DNA of 42,279 nt, taken from positions 1 through 42,279 of the forward strand of contig DATFXC010000150.1 of assembly GCA_035258625.1 (NCBI GenBank), given 5' to 3'. The stretch is from Candidatus Udaeobacter sp. GTDB taxonomy: Bacteria; Verrucomicrobiota; Verrucomicrobiia; Chthoniobacterales; UBA10450. Below, piece after piece: positions 9,473-18,036 of the stretch. How positions within the stretch are numbered: position 1 is the first letter of the stretch; every line of letters begins with the position of its first letter. The notes under the pieces are model-generated. The model was not told the origin of the DNA and searched no databases. It was given only the letters and a program-made list of their open reading frames with translations. The translations under genes and the position numbers were made by a program.

Positions 9473-10450
9473 TTGCGTTTGCCCCCCGGCTTTCGGCATG
9501 AAAACCTGCCCCCAGTGACGACGAGCATCTGGTTTTGGGTCGCCTTTCACATTGGGGTGTTGATTGCCATTGGCGTCGACCTCTTCACGTTTCATCTGCG
9601 CGGCCGCGCATTGAGCATGGCCGCTGCAGCGCGACGCAGCGTTCTTTGGATCATTGTCTCGCTCGCGTTTAACGCCGTTGTTTGGCGCATCAAAGGCCCA
9701 CATCACGCTCTCGACTTTCTTACCGGTTATCTGATCGAGTACTCCCTAAGCATGGACAACATTTTTGTGTTCGTGCTCATCTTCACGCATTTCCGGGTTC
9801 CACCCCGTGCACAACACCGCGTATTGGTCTGGGGAATTATTGGCGCTCTGATCATGCGCGGCACCATGATCCTGTTCGGCATCGCTTTGGTGCGACGGTT
9901 TCATTTCGTTCTCTACATCTTCGGCCTTTTCCTGCTGATCACCGCAGCGCGCATGCTTTTCGGGAAATATCCGGCGCACGATTTCAGGGAAACGCGCGTG
10001 ATGCGGTTCTGTCGCAGGATTCTTCCGATCACCCCCGAATTTCACAACCGAGACTTCAAAGTGCGCGTTGATGGGCGCTGGATGTTTACGCCGCTCGCTC
10101 TAACCATGATCGTGATTGAAATCACGGACCTGGCGTTCGCGGTAGATTCGATCCCGGCGATCTTCGCGATTACTCAAGACCCATTTATTGTTTATACGTC
10201 GAACATCTGCGCCATCCTTGGCTTGCGATCGCTTTACTTCCTGCTGGCAGGTCTGATGAACCGGTTCATTTATCTCAGAACCGGACTAGCATTGGTGCTT
10301 GGATTCGTGGGCCTGAAAATGATTACCGCAGAATTCCTGCCATTCCCCCGAGTCGTCTCACTAGCAATCATTGTTCTTATCCTAGGAGTTACCATATGGC
10401 TTTCCATGCTGAAAACGAAGAACGGCGCTGCGCCCGAACACCAAAAATAA
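9473..10450 (+). CDS. TerC-family integral membrane protein (Alx/YkoY-like)
   Basis: YLIEYSLSMDNIFVFVLIF and ITDLAFAVDSIPAIFAIT are the duplicated TerC signature. An alternative in-frame GTG start lies at 9515. Confidence 0.85.
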   Translation: MRLPPGFRHENLPPVTTSIWFWVAFHIGVLIAIGVDLFTFHLRGRALSMAAAARRSVLWIIVSLAFNAVVWRIKGPHHALDFLTGYLIEYSLSMDNIFVFVLIFTHFRVPPRAQHRVLVWGIIGALIMRGTMILFGIALVRRFHFVLYIFGLFLLITAARMLFGKYPAHDFRETRVMRFCRRILPITPEFHNRDFKVRVDGRWMFTPLALTMIVIEITDLAFAVDSIPAIFAITQDPFIVYTSNICAILGLRSLYFLLAGLMNRFIYLRTGLALVLGFVGLKMITAEFLPFPRVVSLAIIVLILGVTIWLSMLKTKNGAAPEHQK

Positions 10451-10497
10451 AGTATTGCCTTTGCGGTTCGGAATCATTTAACTGCTACCCAGCGCCT

Positions 10498-10917
10498 ATG
10501 AAAACTATTCTTGCCTTCGCTGCGGTAGTTGGCCTTGCCATCGGAGCTTTCGCCGATATTCAAGATCCGCCGGGGAACGATTACGGTCCAACGCGCAAGC
10601 TCGGACGCGGTATTGGGAATTTCATCATCGCGCCGACTGAGTTCTTCACAACCGTTAATCAAATCAACCAGACGGAAGGTAATTCGGCCGGCGCAAGCTA
10701 CGGCGTTTGGAAGGGAGCCGGCCGCGCAGCGGCGCGCCACGTGGCTGGCCTTATTGAGATCTTAACTTTTCCGTTTCCGATTTGGCACGACAGCTATCAG
10801 CCGTTGCTGCCGTCCGAGATTCCTTACATCCATGGCGGTTACGCGGAATTTCCGCCTGAGGTCGGTAACGAGTCGAAATACCCGTACGTGCGCGATACGC
10901 ACCACGATTTCAACTAG
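10498..10917 (+). CDS. small secreted protein resembling the exosortase-system-associated family with the RKLGRGxxN motif
   Basis: Signal peptide MKTILAFAAVVGLAIGAFA followed by TRKLGRGIGNFIIAPTEFF. ATG at 10498 is chosen over the track start at 10396, which overlaps the TerC gene. Confidence 0.6.
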   Translation: MKTILAFAAVVGLAIGAFADIQDPPGNDYGPTRKLGRGIGNFIIAPTEFFTTVNQINQTEGNSAGASYGVWKGAGRAAARHVAGLIEILTFPFPIWHDSYQPLLPSEIPYIHGGYAEFPPEVGNESKYPYVRDTHHDFN

Positions 10918-11133
10918 CGTCCGCTCTGCAGAAAAAGCGCGTAGTTTATCGACTTGCCTGAGCATCGCTCCACGGTAGTCGCTGTGTTAACGCGAACACC
11001 CTTTGGACGTTTCCGCGCTTGCCGCATAATCGCTTAAGTGGGGACGACCATTCTGGAAACTTCGCGCGATTCAAGGCGATTTGACCCGCGCTAGAGTCAG
11101 CGTCAAAGTAACTGAGACTAAGCGGTTGGGACT

Positions 11134-13152
11134 ATGCAATCGCGACGTTTCTCCGGGCTGCCGCTCATCGGCACGCTAGCGGTCATTTACTTCATCGCCG
11201 GCAAACTCGGCTTGATGCTGGCGTCATTACACGCCAGTGCATCGCCAGTGTGGCCGGCGGCGGGAATGGCGCTGGCCGCGTTACTCTTATTCGGGTATCG
11301 CATGTGGCCGGCGATCTTTGTTGGTGCGTTTCTGGTGAACGTTACGACTGCGGGAAACGTTGCTACATCCTTTTGCATCGCCTTGGGCAACACACTTGAA
11401 GCGTTGGCCGGCGCGTTTTTGGTAAATCGGTTCGCGGGCGGCAAAAATGTTTTTGATCGGCCACAAGGAGTTTTCAAATTCGCGATCGCAGCGGCGATCA
11501 GCACTGTCCTCAGCCCGGTGTTCGGCGTGACGAGTCTCGCGCTTGCTGGCTTCGCCGACTGGGCGAACTACGGCGCGATTTGGGTTACCTGGTGGCTTGG
11601 CGATGCAACGGGTGATCTTGTTTTTACTCCGCTGATTCTTCTTTGGGGCATTCGGTTGAAGCTGTGTTGGAAAAAAGGGGAAGCCGTAGAAGTTGCCGTA
11701 CTCCTTTTGTTGTTAGCGCTTTTGAGTGCCGTCGTCTTTGGCGGGTGGCTGGAGGTTTCAGCGAAAAATTATCCGATCGCTTTCGTTTGTGGCCCGATTG
11801 TGATTTGGACCGCGTTCCGCTTTACGCAACGAGAAACTGCCACGGGTATTTTTATTCTGTCAGTGATAGCCCTTTGGGGAACATTGCACGGGTTCGGGCC
11901 CTTCGCCGAACAAACCGAGAATCAGTCGCTTCTCACCGTGCAATCGTGGACAGCCGTTTTGGCCATTACGGCGATGGCGCTTTCCGCTGGCATGGCTGAG
12001 CGACGGCGTATTGAGGAAGAGCTACAGCAGCAAAAAAGTATGGTCGAAGCGGCAAATCGCACCAAAGACCATTTTCTGGCAATGCTTTCACACGAACTGC
12101 GCACGCCACTGACTCCGGTAGTTTCCGAGTTGGAATCACTCCAAACAGAGTCGACGCAAACTGAAGATACCAGAGCATCGCTGGCGATGATCCGTCGCAA
12201 TATTGAATTGGAAACGCAGCTGATTGATGACCTGCTGGATTTTACCCGAATCGCCAGAGACAAAATGGAATTGCGTTTCGTTCCAGTCGATGTGCATTTG
12301 GCGGTGTCGAATGTGGTCGAGATTTGCCGCGCCGAGACGAAGTCCAAAAGACTTAATATACATCTCAAGTTGCGAGCACAGAGCTGCCATGTAACGGCCG
12401 ACGGCGCGAAATTCCAGCAGATCATCTGGAACCTGCTAAAGAATGCGATCAAATTCACGCCTGAAGGAGGGGACATCATAATCTCCTCTGAGAATCCGTC
12501 GGAAACAGTCTTAAGTGTTAGTGTCGGCGATACCGGCATCGGCATGGAGCCGGAAGTCATGCAGCGTATTTTTGATCCGTTCGAACAGGGCAACCGCTCA
12601 TTCGAGCGCCGCCTTGGCGGACTCGGTCTGGGTCTGGCCATTTCAAAATCTCTCGCGCAGGCGCACGGCGGGACGCTCACTGCGCAAAGCGACGGATCCA
12701 ATCGTGGATCGACTTTTACTTTGTCAATGCAAGCTCTCCCCGCAGGCGAAGCAGGCAGCGTCGCTTCAAGGTCAGTGACCGAATCGGCACGACAAGCTTT
12801 GAAGATTCTGCTGGTCGACGATCATCAAGACACCTGCGCTGCACTGGAGAAATTGCTGGCGCGTCGCGGGCATCTGGTCGCTGTGACGCACGACGTCCGC
12901 TCGGCAATGGAAGCTGCCGTACGCAACAAATTTGATTTGCTCATCAGCGATATTGCCCTGCCGGATGGCAGCGGCATGGATCTAATGATGCAGTTGCGCG
13001 CGATCTCCAGCATTCCAGGAATTGCAATCAGCGGTTTTGGCAATAACGGCGATATCGAACGAAGTTTGCAGGCCGGGTTTTCCGAGCATCTGATCAAACC
13101 CATCAAGCTCGACAACCTCGAGGCCGCTATCGAGCGCGCCATTGCAGGGTAG
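11134..13152 (+). CDS. hybrid sensor histidine kinase (MASE1 - HisKA - HATPase - receiver)
   Basis: MASE1-like membrane N-terminus (AGKLGLMLASLHASASPVWPAAGMALAALL), H-box LAMLSHELRTPL, G-boxes DTGIGM and GGLGLGLAIS, and a C-terminal receiver (ILLVDDH...LLISDIALPDGSG...KP). Confidence 0.9.
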   Translation: MQSRRFSGLPLIGTLAVIYFIAGKLGLMLASLHASASPVWPAAGMALAALLLFGYRMWPAIFVGAFLVNVTTAGNVATSFCIALGNTLEALAGAFLVNRFAGGKNVFDRPQGVFKFAIAAAISTVLSPVFGVTSLALAGFADWANYGAIWVTWWLGDATGDLVFTPLILLWGIRLKLCWKKGEAVEVAVLLLLLALLSAVVFGGWLEVSAKNYPIAFVCGPIVIWTAFRFTQRETATGIFILSVIALWGTLHGFGPFAEQTENQSLLTVQSWTAVLAITAMALSAGMAERRRIEEELQQQKSMVEAANRTKDHFLAMLSHELRTPLTPVVSELESLQTESTQTEDTRASLAMIRRNIELETQLIDDLLDFTRIARDKMELRFVPVDVHLAVSNVVEICRAETKSKRLNIHLKLRAQSCHVTADGAKFQQIIWNLLKNAIKFTPEGGDIIISSENPSETVLSVSVGDTGIGMEPEVMQRIFDPFEQGNRSFERRLGGLGLGLAISKSLAQAHGGTLTAQSDGSNRGSTFTLSMQALPAGEAGSVASRSVTESARQALKILLVDDHQDTCAALEKLLARRGHLVAVTHDVRSAMEAAVRNKFDLLISDIALPDGSGMDLMMQLRAISSIPGIAISGFGNNGDIERSLQAGFSEHLIKPIKLDNLEAAIERAIAG

Positions 13153-13177
13153 TGTAGGCCTCTTGGAAGTTCGTCGC

Positions 13178-14278
13178 ATGCGCGTCGTCGATCTAAAAAT
13201 CGAGGACGTCGCGTTCGGCGGAAAAGGTGTCGCACGCGAACAAGGGAAAGCGGTATTCGTCCCGTACACGATTGATGGCGAGCTTGTCTCCGCCGAAGTC
13301 GTCCGGGAAAAGAAGCAGTTCGCCGAAGCAGAGCTGGTCGAAGTTAAGCAGGGTTCGCCGAATCGCGTCGCGCCACAGTGCCCCTATTTCGGCCGATGCG
13401 GCGGCTGCGCGTATCAACATATTAGCTACGAACACCAGCTTGCGATTAAATGGCGACAGGTGCGCGATGCACTCCAGAGGATCGGCAAACTGAGGGACGT
13501 TCCCATGCGGCCGATTGTCTCGTCGCCAAGTCACTACGCGTATCGGAACCGCATCACCGTGCACGCGCAGGACAGCGTGATCGGTTTTTTTCGGCGCGAT
13601 TCGCATCAGCTGATTGATATCAAGCGCTGCCCGATCTCTCGCGAAGAGGTCAATCGCGCGCTGGCGGAGTTGCGTGAGCAAAAACGTGTGCGCGACGGGC
13701 ATTACACGCTTCGAACCACTTCTGAGCCGCGCGTGTTTTCGCAGGTAAACGACGATGTCGCATACGCGCTGCGCAATTTGATTGTCGATCTCATACCGCC
13801 AAATCAGGAGCTGTTAATCGACGCCTACTGCGGCGCGGGATTTTTCGCAAAAGCATTGCGCGACAAATTCGAGCGCGTGATTGGGATTGATTGGGACCGG
13901 TTCGCTATCGCTGCGGCAAGGGAGAACGCGATCGCGAAGGAGACGTATATCGCCGGCGATGTGGAAGATGTGGAGGCGGCTGTGTCAGCCGCCTTTGCGA
14001 GTGGCGATGTCCAACCCCGGGCGCTTGGCACAAGCGCCGCTACCACAATCATTGTCGATCCACCTGCTACCGGGTTGAGCGCGCCCGTTCGCCAAGCGAT
14101 TGCCGATCTTGCGCCGGAAACATTGATTTACGTGTCCTGCAACCCGCCGACGCTGGCGCGCGATTTGAGACATTTGCACGAGAAATTTGCCATCGAATCT
14201 GTCACAACTCTCGACATGTTCCCGCAAACCGCCGAGATCGAAGTCGTAGCGCATTTGCGAGCGATGCCAGCAAAATAA
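13178..14278 (+). CDS. TRAM-domain class I SAM-dependent RNA (uracil-5) methyltransferase, RumA/RlmD family
   Basis: TRAM-like start (DLKIEDVAFGGKGVAR), Fe-S cysteines CPYFGRCGGCAYQH, SAM motif LIDAYCGAGFFA, and C-terminal DPPATG...YVSCNP. ATG at 13178 is preferred over 13142, which overlaps the kinase. Confidence 0.8.
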   Translation: MRVVDLKIEDVAFGGKGVAREQGKAVFVPYTIDGELVSAEVVREKKQFAEAELVEVKQGSPNRVAPQCPYFGRCGGCAYQHISYEHQLAIKWRQVRDALQRIGKLRDVPMRPIVSSPSHYAYRNRITVHAQDSVIGFFRRDSHQLIDIKRCPISREEVNRALAELREQKRVRDGHYTLRTTSEPRVFSQVNDDVAYALRNLIVDLIPPNQELLIDAYCGAGFFAKALRDKFERVIGIDWDRFAIAAARENAIAKETYIAGDVEDVEAAVSAAFASGDVQPRALGTSAATTIIVDPPATGLSAPVRQAIADLAPETLIYVSCNPPTLARDLRHLHEKFAIESVTTLDMFPQTAEIEVVAHLRAMPAK

Positions 14279-14378
14279 AGACGCCAAGCCGCGATGTTTG
14301 ACGTTTTCGGAATATTTAAAGCAGGCGCAACTCTCGAGTTTCGTTGACGTATGATGCGACGATAACTCCAATGGCAAC

Positions 14379-15653
14379 ATGATTTGCTTTTTGCCCGTGG
14401 CCGGGCAGCACCTGGACTGCCTGATTATGCTGCCCTTCGGATTCTTGTTGCTCGCAATCGCTCTCGGTCCATTAATCGCGCAACACCACTGGGAGCGGCA
14501 CTACCATAAGCTTTGCCTTATCCTCGCCGGCTTTGTCTGTCTTTATTACCTCTTGGTTGGCGAGCCGGCGCGGGTCCTCCACGCAGGAATCGATTACGCG
14601 ACGTTCATGGTTGTCGTCGGCTCGTTCTTCGTTATCTCCGGCGGGATTCACCTGCAGGCAAAAGGACCAAGCAGCCCGGTTCGAAACACGCTGTTTCTTT
14701 TGTTCGGCGCTGTATTGGCAAATCTGATCGGAACGATTGGCGCGTCGATGTTGCTCATCCGTCCATGGATCGCGATGAACCGCGGACGGATCGCGCCGAT
14801 GCATATCGCGTTTTTTATTTTTCTGATCAGCAACATTGGCGGCGCGCTTTTGCCCACTGGTCCGCCCGTAATCCTCGGGTTTCTAAAAGGCGTACCATTT
14901 GGTTGGACATTCCAACATTGCTGGCCGCATTGGTTAATCACGGTCGGAATTGTTCTCCTTGTATTTGTCGTTCTTGATTTGATCAATCTTCGCAGAAGCA
15001 GAAGAAGCATTCATGAGGCGAAGTTGACGTCATGGCGATGCGACGGTGCACACAATTTCATTTTTTTGTTCGTCATTTTGGCTGTGCTCATTGCCGTGCC
15101 GGCCGGCTGGCGCGAACCGCTCGTGTTTCTGACCACGCTTGGATCTTATCTGGGAACGCCCGAACGAATTCGCGACGCGAATAATTTCAATTTTGCGCCG
15201 CTTAGAGAAGTGGGGTGGCTTTTCCTCGGCATTTTCGGAACCATGATTCCGGTTTTGGAATTTATGGAAGGATCGGCCGGAAGACTCGGACTAAACTCCG
15301 ATCTGGCATTCTTTTGGGCGACTGGACTGCTCTCGGCATTGCTCGATAACGCGCCGACCTATCTGGCGTTTTTCGCGGCTGCACTCGGACGTTACGGTTT
15401 AGACACTAACGATGTGTCACATATAGCCAAGTTCCTCTTTGAAAATGGCCGCGAGTTGATCGCGATCTCACTGGGCGCGACTTTTTTTGGGGCCCTCACT
15501 TATATCGGCAACGCGCCAAACCTGCTCGTGAAAACGATTGCCGAACACGCACGCGTGCCAACACCAAACTTCATCGGTTATATCTGGAAGTTTGCGCTTC
15601 CAATTCTGCTTCCAGTATTTGCGCTGCTGTCGATCTTATTCTTCTCGCGGTAG
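14379..15653 (+). CDS. NhaD/ArsB-superfamily ion transporter (putative Na+/H+ antiporter)
   Basis: 424-aa polytopic membrane ORF with LLSALLDNAPTYLAFF and GNAPNLLV, typical of the NhaD/citrate-transporter-like family. An alternative start lies at 14427. Confidence 0.7.
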   Translation: MICFLPVAGQHLDCLIMLPFGFLLLAIALGPLIAQHHWERHYHKLCLILAGFVCLYYLLVGEPARVLHAGIDYATFMVVVGSFFVISGGIHLQAKGPSSPVRNTLFLLFGAVLANLIGTIGASMLLIRPWIAMNRGRIAPMHIAFFIFLISNIGGALLPTGPPVILGFLKGVPFGWTFQHCWPHWLITVGIVLLVFVVLDLINLRRSRRSIHEAKLTSWRCDGAHNFIFLFVILAVLIAVPAGWREPLVFLTTLGSYLGTPERIRDANNFNFAPLREVGWLFLGIFGTMIPVLEFMEGSAGRLGLNSDLAFFWATGLLSALLDNAPTYLAFFAAALGRYGLDTNDVSHIAKFLFENGRELIAISLGATFFGALTYIGNAPNLLVKTIAEHARVPTPNFIGYIWKFALPILLPVFALLSILFFSR

Positions 15654-15677
15654 CACTGAGCTTCATCCTGGCTCGCG

Positions 15678-15695
15678 TTAATGATTTTTTAATAT
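15678..15695 (+). promoter_or_regulatory. candidate OmpR-family (KdpE-type) direct-repeat box TTAATga-N4-TTAATat
   Basis: TTAAT pentamers at 15678 and 15689, 11 bp (one helical turn) apart, in the AT-rich tract 60-77 nt upstream of the first kdp mini-ORF. Pattern only. Confidence 0.25.
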
Positions 15696-15754
15696 CTTTG
15701 CGCAGCAGTTTAACTAACGCTGTCGCCAAAGTTCGTTCATGATTAGGTCAGTTC

Positions 15755-15841
15755 ATGAGCGAATTCATCATCATCGGTATTGTTCTGATTCTGGGTGTGA
15801 ACGGGCTGTACTCTCGGTTCTGTGAACAGGCGAAGGAGTGA
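15755..15841 (+). CDS. 28-aa single-TM mini-protein (MSEFIIIGIVLILGVNGLYSRFCEQAKE), first of three stacked ORFs ahead of kdpA
   Basis: Hand translated (below the track size cutoff). It has a hydrophobic helix and is a paralog of the next ORF. Its last codons contain the AAGGAG Shine-Dalgarno of the next ORF. Confidence 0.4.
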   Translation: MSEFIIIGIVLILGVNGLYSRFCEQAKE

Positions 15842-15845
15842 TCTC

Positions 15846-15929
15846 GTGAGTGACTTAATTTTTGTCGGAACAATCGTCGCGTTTTTTATGGTGGGCGCGC
15901 TGTACACGCTGCTTTGCGAAAAGCTGTAG
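15846..15929 (+). CDS. 27-aa single-TM mini-protein (VSDLIFVGTIVAFFMVGALYTLLCEKL)
   Basis: GTG start 7 nt after AAGGAG (15833-15838). It shares S-[ED]-x-I-x-x-G-x-[IV] ... G-x-LY-x-x-[FL]-CE with the preceding peptide. Its stop sits inside TAGGAGG, which supplies the SD for kdpF. Confidence 0.45.
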   Translation: MSDLIFVGTIVAFFMVGALYTLLCEKL

Positions 15930-15937
15930 GAGGATAA

Positions 15938-16021
15938 ATGGAAACCGTCGTCGTCGGCGTTATCGCGCTCTTGCTGTTTGTTTATCTGCTCGTCGCCATG
16001 ATCCGGCCTGAAAAATTCTAG
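15938..16021 (+). CDS. kdpF: K+-transporting ATPase subunit F
   Basis: METVVVGVIALLLFVYLLVAMIRPEKF is a single TM helix ending in the RPEKF/PExF signature of KdpF. AGGAGG SD lies 5 nt upstream, and the ORF ends 7 nt before kdpA. Confidence 0.8.
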   Translation: METVVVGVIALLLFVYLLVAMIRPEKF

Positions 16022-16028
16022 CGTCGAA

Positions 16029-17822
16029 ATGGAAGCGTCTGGTTGGATTCAATTTGCCATTTTCATCGTGGCACTAGCACTGATCACGAAGCCGATGGGC
16101 CTCTACTTAATGCACGTGCTCGACATGAACGGCACGACTTGGCTCGACCCGGTGCTACGGCCGTTAGAGCGCGCGACATACCGAGTCATGGGTGTCGACC
16201 CACGCAAGGAGCACAATTGGAAGCAATACACGCTTGCGATGCTGCTTTTCAGTCTTGTGGGCTGTTTGTTCACCTACGCGATCCTGCGCTTGCAATATTT
16301 TCTGCCACTGAATCCACAAAAATTGGCAGGAGTCAGTCCCGATCTTTCGTTCAACACCGCCGCTAGTTTTACCACCAACACCAACTGGCAGAATTACGGT
16401 GGGGAATCGACCATGTCGTACTTCTCGCAGATGGTCGGGCTGGCGTTTCACAATTTCGTTTCGGCCGCCATCGGGATCGCGATCGCGGCTGCGCTCGTTA
16501 GGGCGATCGCGCGGCATTCGGCAACAACACTCGGCAATTTCTGGATCGACCTGGTTCGGGTGACTTACTACCTGCTATTGCCGATCTGTCTGATATTCGC
16601 AGTCTTTCTGGTGTCGCAAGGAATGATTCAGAATTTCAAGCCGTACACCAAGGCCACACTGGTTGAGCCGATGAAGATCCAGGTGGAGAAAAAGAACGAC
16701 CAAGGCGAGGCGATCAAAGGACCGGATGGCAAGGCAGTCACAGAAGAGCAAACGGTAACCGATCAAAACATCGTGCAAGGCCCGATGGCTTCGCAGGTAG
16801 CGATCAAGATGCTCGGCACAAACGGCGGCGGATACGTGAACGCCAACGCAGCGCATCCGTTCGAGAATCCAACGCCGCTCTCAAATTTCTTCCAGATGCT
16901 GTCGATCTTCTCGATCGGGACCGGGCTCACCTACTACCTCGGCCGGATGGTGAAGAACCAGAAGCACGGCTGGACCGTCTGGGCCGCAATGTTGATCCTT
17001 TTTATCAGCGGTGTGCTGTTGTGTTGGTGGGCGGAGGCGAATGGTAATCCAATCCACCAGAGTCTCGGCGTTGCCGGCGGCAACATGGAGGGGAAAGAAG
17101 TCCGGTTCGGCGTTTTCAATTCTGCGCTCTTTGCCACGGTCACAACCGATGCTTCCTGCGGTGCGGTCAATTCGATGCACGACTCATTCACCGCGCTCGG
17201 CGGCTTCGTTCCATTGTTCAACATTCAGTTAGGCGAAATCATTTTTGGCGGTGTCGGTGCTGGCCTTTACGGGATGCTCGTATTCGTCGTGCTCGCGGTT
17301 TTCATCGCGGGTCTGATGGTTGGCCGCACCCCAGAATATCTCGGAAAAAAAATTGAAGCGTACGACGTAAAGATGGCGATGCTCTCATTGCTTATCCTTG
17401 CCATCTCGATTCTTGGTTTCGCCGCCTGGGCGATAGTCACGAAGTGGGGCTTGGATGGACGGAATAACATGGGCCCGCACGGGCTGAGCGAAATTCTTTA
17501 CGCATTCAGCTCCGGCGCAGGCAATAACGGCAGCGCATTCGCCGGTCTCTCAGGCAATACTCCGCCTTACAACACGACGCTTGGTCTCGACATGTTATTC
17601 GGCCGATTCCTCATGATCATCCCGATCATGGCGCTGGCGGGTTCGTTAGTGCAAAAGAAAGTCGCGCCGCCAAGCGTCGGCACGTTTCCAGTCTCCGGCG
17701 GCACGTTTCTCATTCTGCTGCTCGGAACAGTGCTTTTGATCGGCGCGCTCAACTATTTCCCTGCCCTGGCACTCGGACCAATCGTCGAACACTTCCTCAT
17801 GCAAGGCGGAAAACTTTTCTAG
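16029..17822 (+). CDS. kdpA: K+-transporting ATPase subunit A (channel-like subunit), canonical copy
   Basis: N-terminus ITKPMGLYL, plus all four canonical pore-loop signatures: TNTNWQNYGGE, LGTNGGGY, DASCGAVNSMHDS, NNGSAFAGLS. Confidence 0.95.
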   Translation: MEASGWIQFAIFIVALALITKPMGLYLMHVLDMNGTTWLDPVLRPLERATYRVMGVDPRKEHNWKQYTLAMLLFSLVGCLFTYAILRLQYFLPLNPQKLAGVSPDLSFNTAASFTTNTNWQNYGGESTMSYFSQMVGLAFHNFVSAAIGIAIAAALVRAIARHSATTLGNFWIDLVRVTYYLLLPICLIFAVFLVSQGMIQNFKPYTKATLVEPMKIQVEKKNDQGEAIKGPDGKAVTEEQTVTDQNIVQGPMASQVAIKMLGTNGGGYVNANAAHPFENPTPLSNFFQMLSIFSIGTGLTYYLGRMVKNQKHGWTVWAAMLILFISGVLLCWWAEANGNPIHQSLGVAGGNMEGKEVRFGVFNSALFATVTTDASCGAVNSMHDSFTALGGFVPLFNIQLGEIIFGGVGAGLYGMLVFVVLAVFIAGLMVGRTPEYLGKKIEAYDVKMAMLSLLILAISILGFAAWAIVTKWGLDGRNNMGPHGLSEILYAFSSGAGNNGSAFAGLSGNTPPYNTTLGLDMLFGRFLMIIPIMALAGSLVQKKVAPPSVGTFPVSGGTFLILLLGTVLLIGALNYFPALALGPIVEHFLMQGGKLF

Positions 17823-17860
17823 AGATGATCATTCAACGCATGATTCCATTCCGTCACATT

Positions 17861-18006
17861 TCATTAACACCCGACTTCAGTCGGGTGTTAGTAGCCACAC
17901 GGATGACGGAACCGTTTCAACGGTTTTCCGTTATAGGGGAAGCTGTTGAAACAGCTTTTAGCTCGTTAGGTCTGGAACACACCTGGCTGAAGCCAGGTGT
18001 TAATGA
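17861..18006. repeat. 146-nt composite palindromic element (four stem-loops in two nested inverted pairs) filling the kdpA-kdpB spacer
   Basis: Stem-loops at 17865-17890 (11 bp, loop TTCA), 17906-17931 (imperfect), 17940-17957 (7 bp, loop TGAA) and 17979-18000 (9 bp, loop TGAA). The outer arms TCATTAACACCCGACTTCAGTCGGGTGT and rc TCATTAACACCTGGCTTCAGCCAGGTGT are inverted copies. Confidence 0.85.
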
Positions 18007-18036
18007 GAGCGAAATGTTTCTGGTGACTCGAGCGTT

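Noticed and set aside
9418-9514. Possible yybP-ykoY (Mn2+) riboswitch upstream of the TerC-family gene
   Set aside because: TerC/Alx genes often carry this leader. However, I could not find the conserved GGAGAGUAG-type loop or matching helices in these ~100 nt. A covariance-model scan would be needed to overturn this.
11922-12701. 259-aa antisense ORF inside the MASE1 hybrid kinase gene
   Set aside because: It opposes a frame with H-box and G-box motifs and is Ser/Arg/Cys-rich with no motif.
14366-14383. Sigma-54-like motif TGGCAAcatgatTTGCT upstream of or overlapping the NhaD-like gene start
   Set aside because: The spacing is 11 nt (one too long) and the motif overlaps the first candidate start codon.
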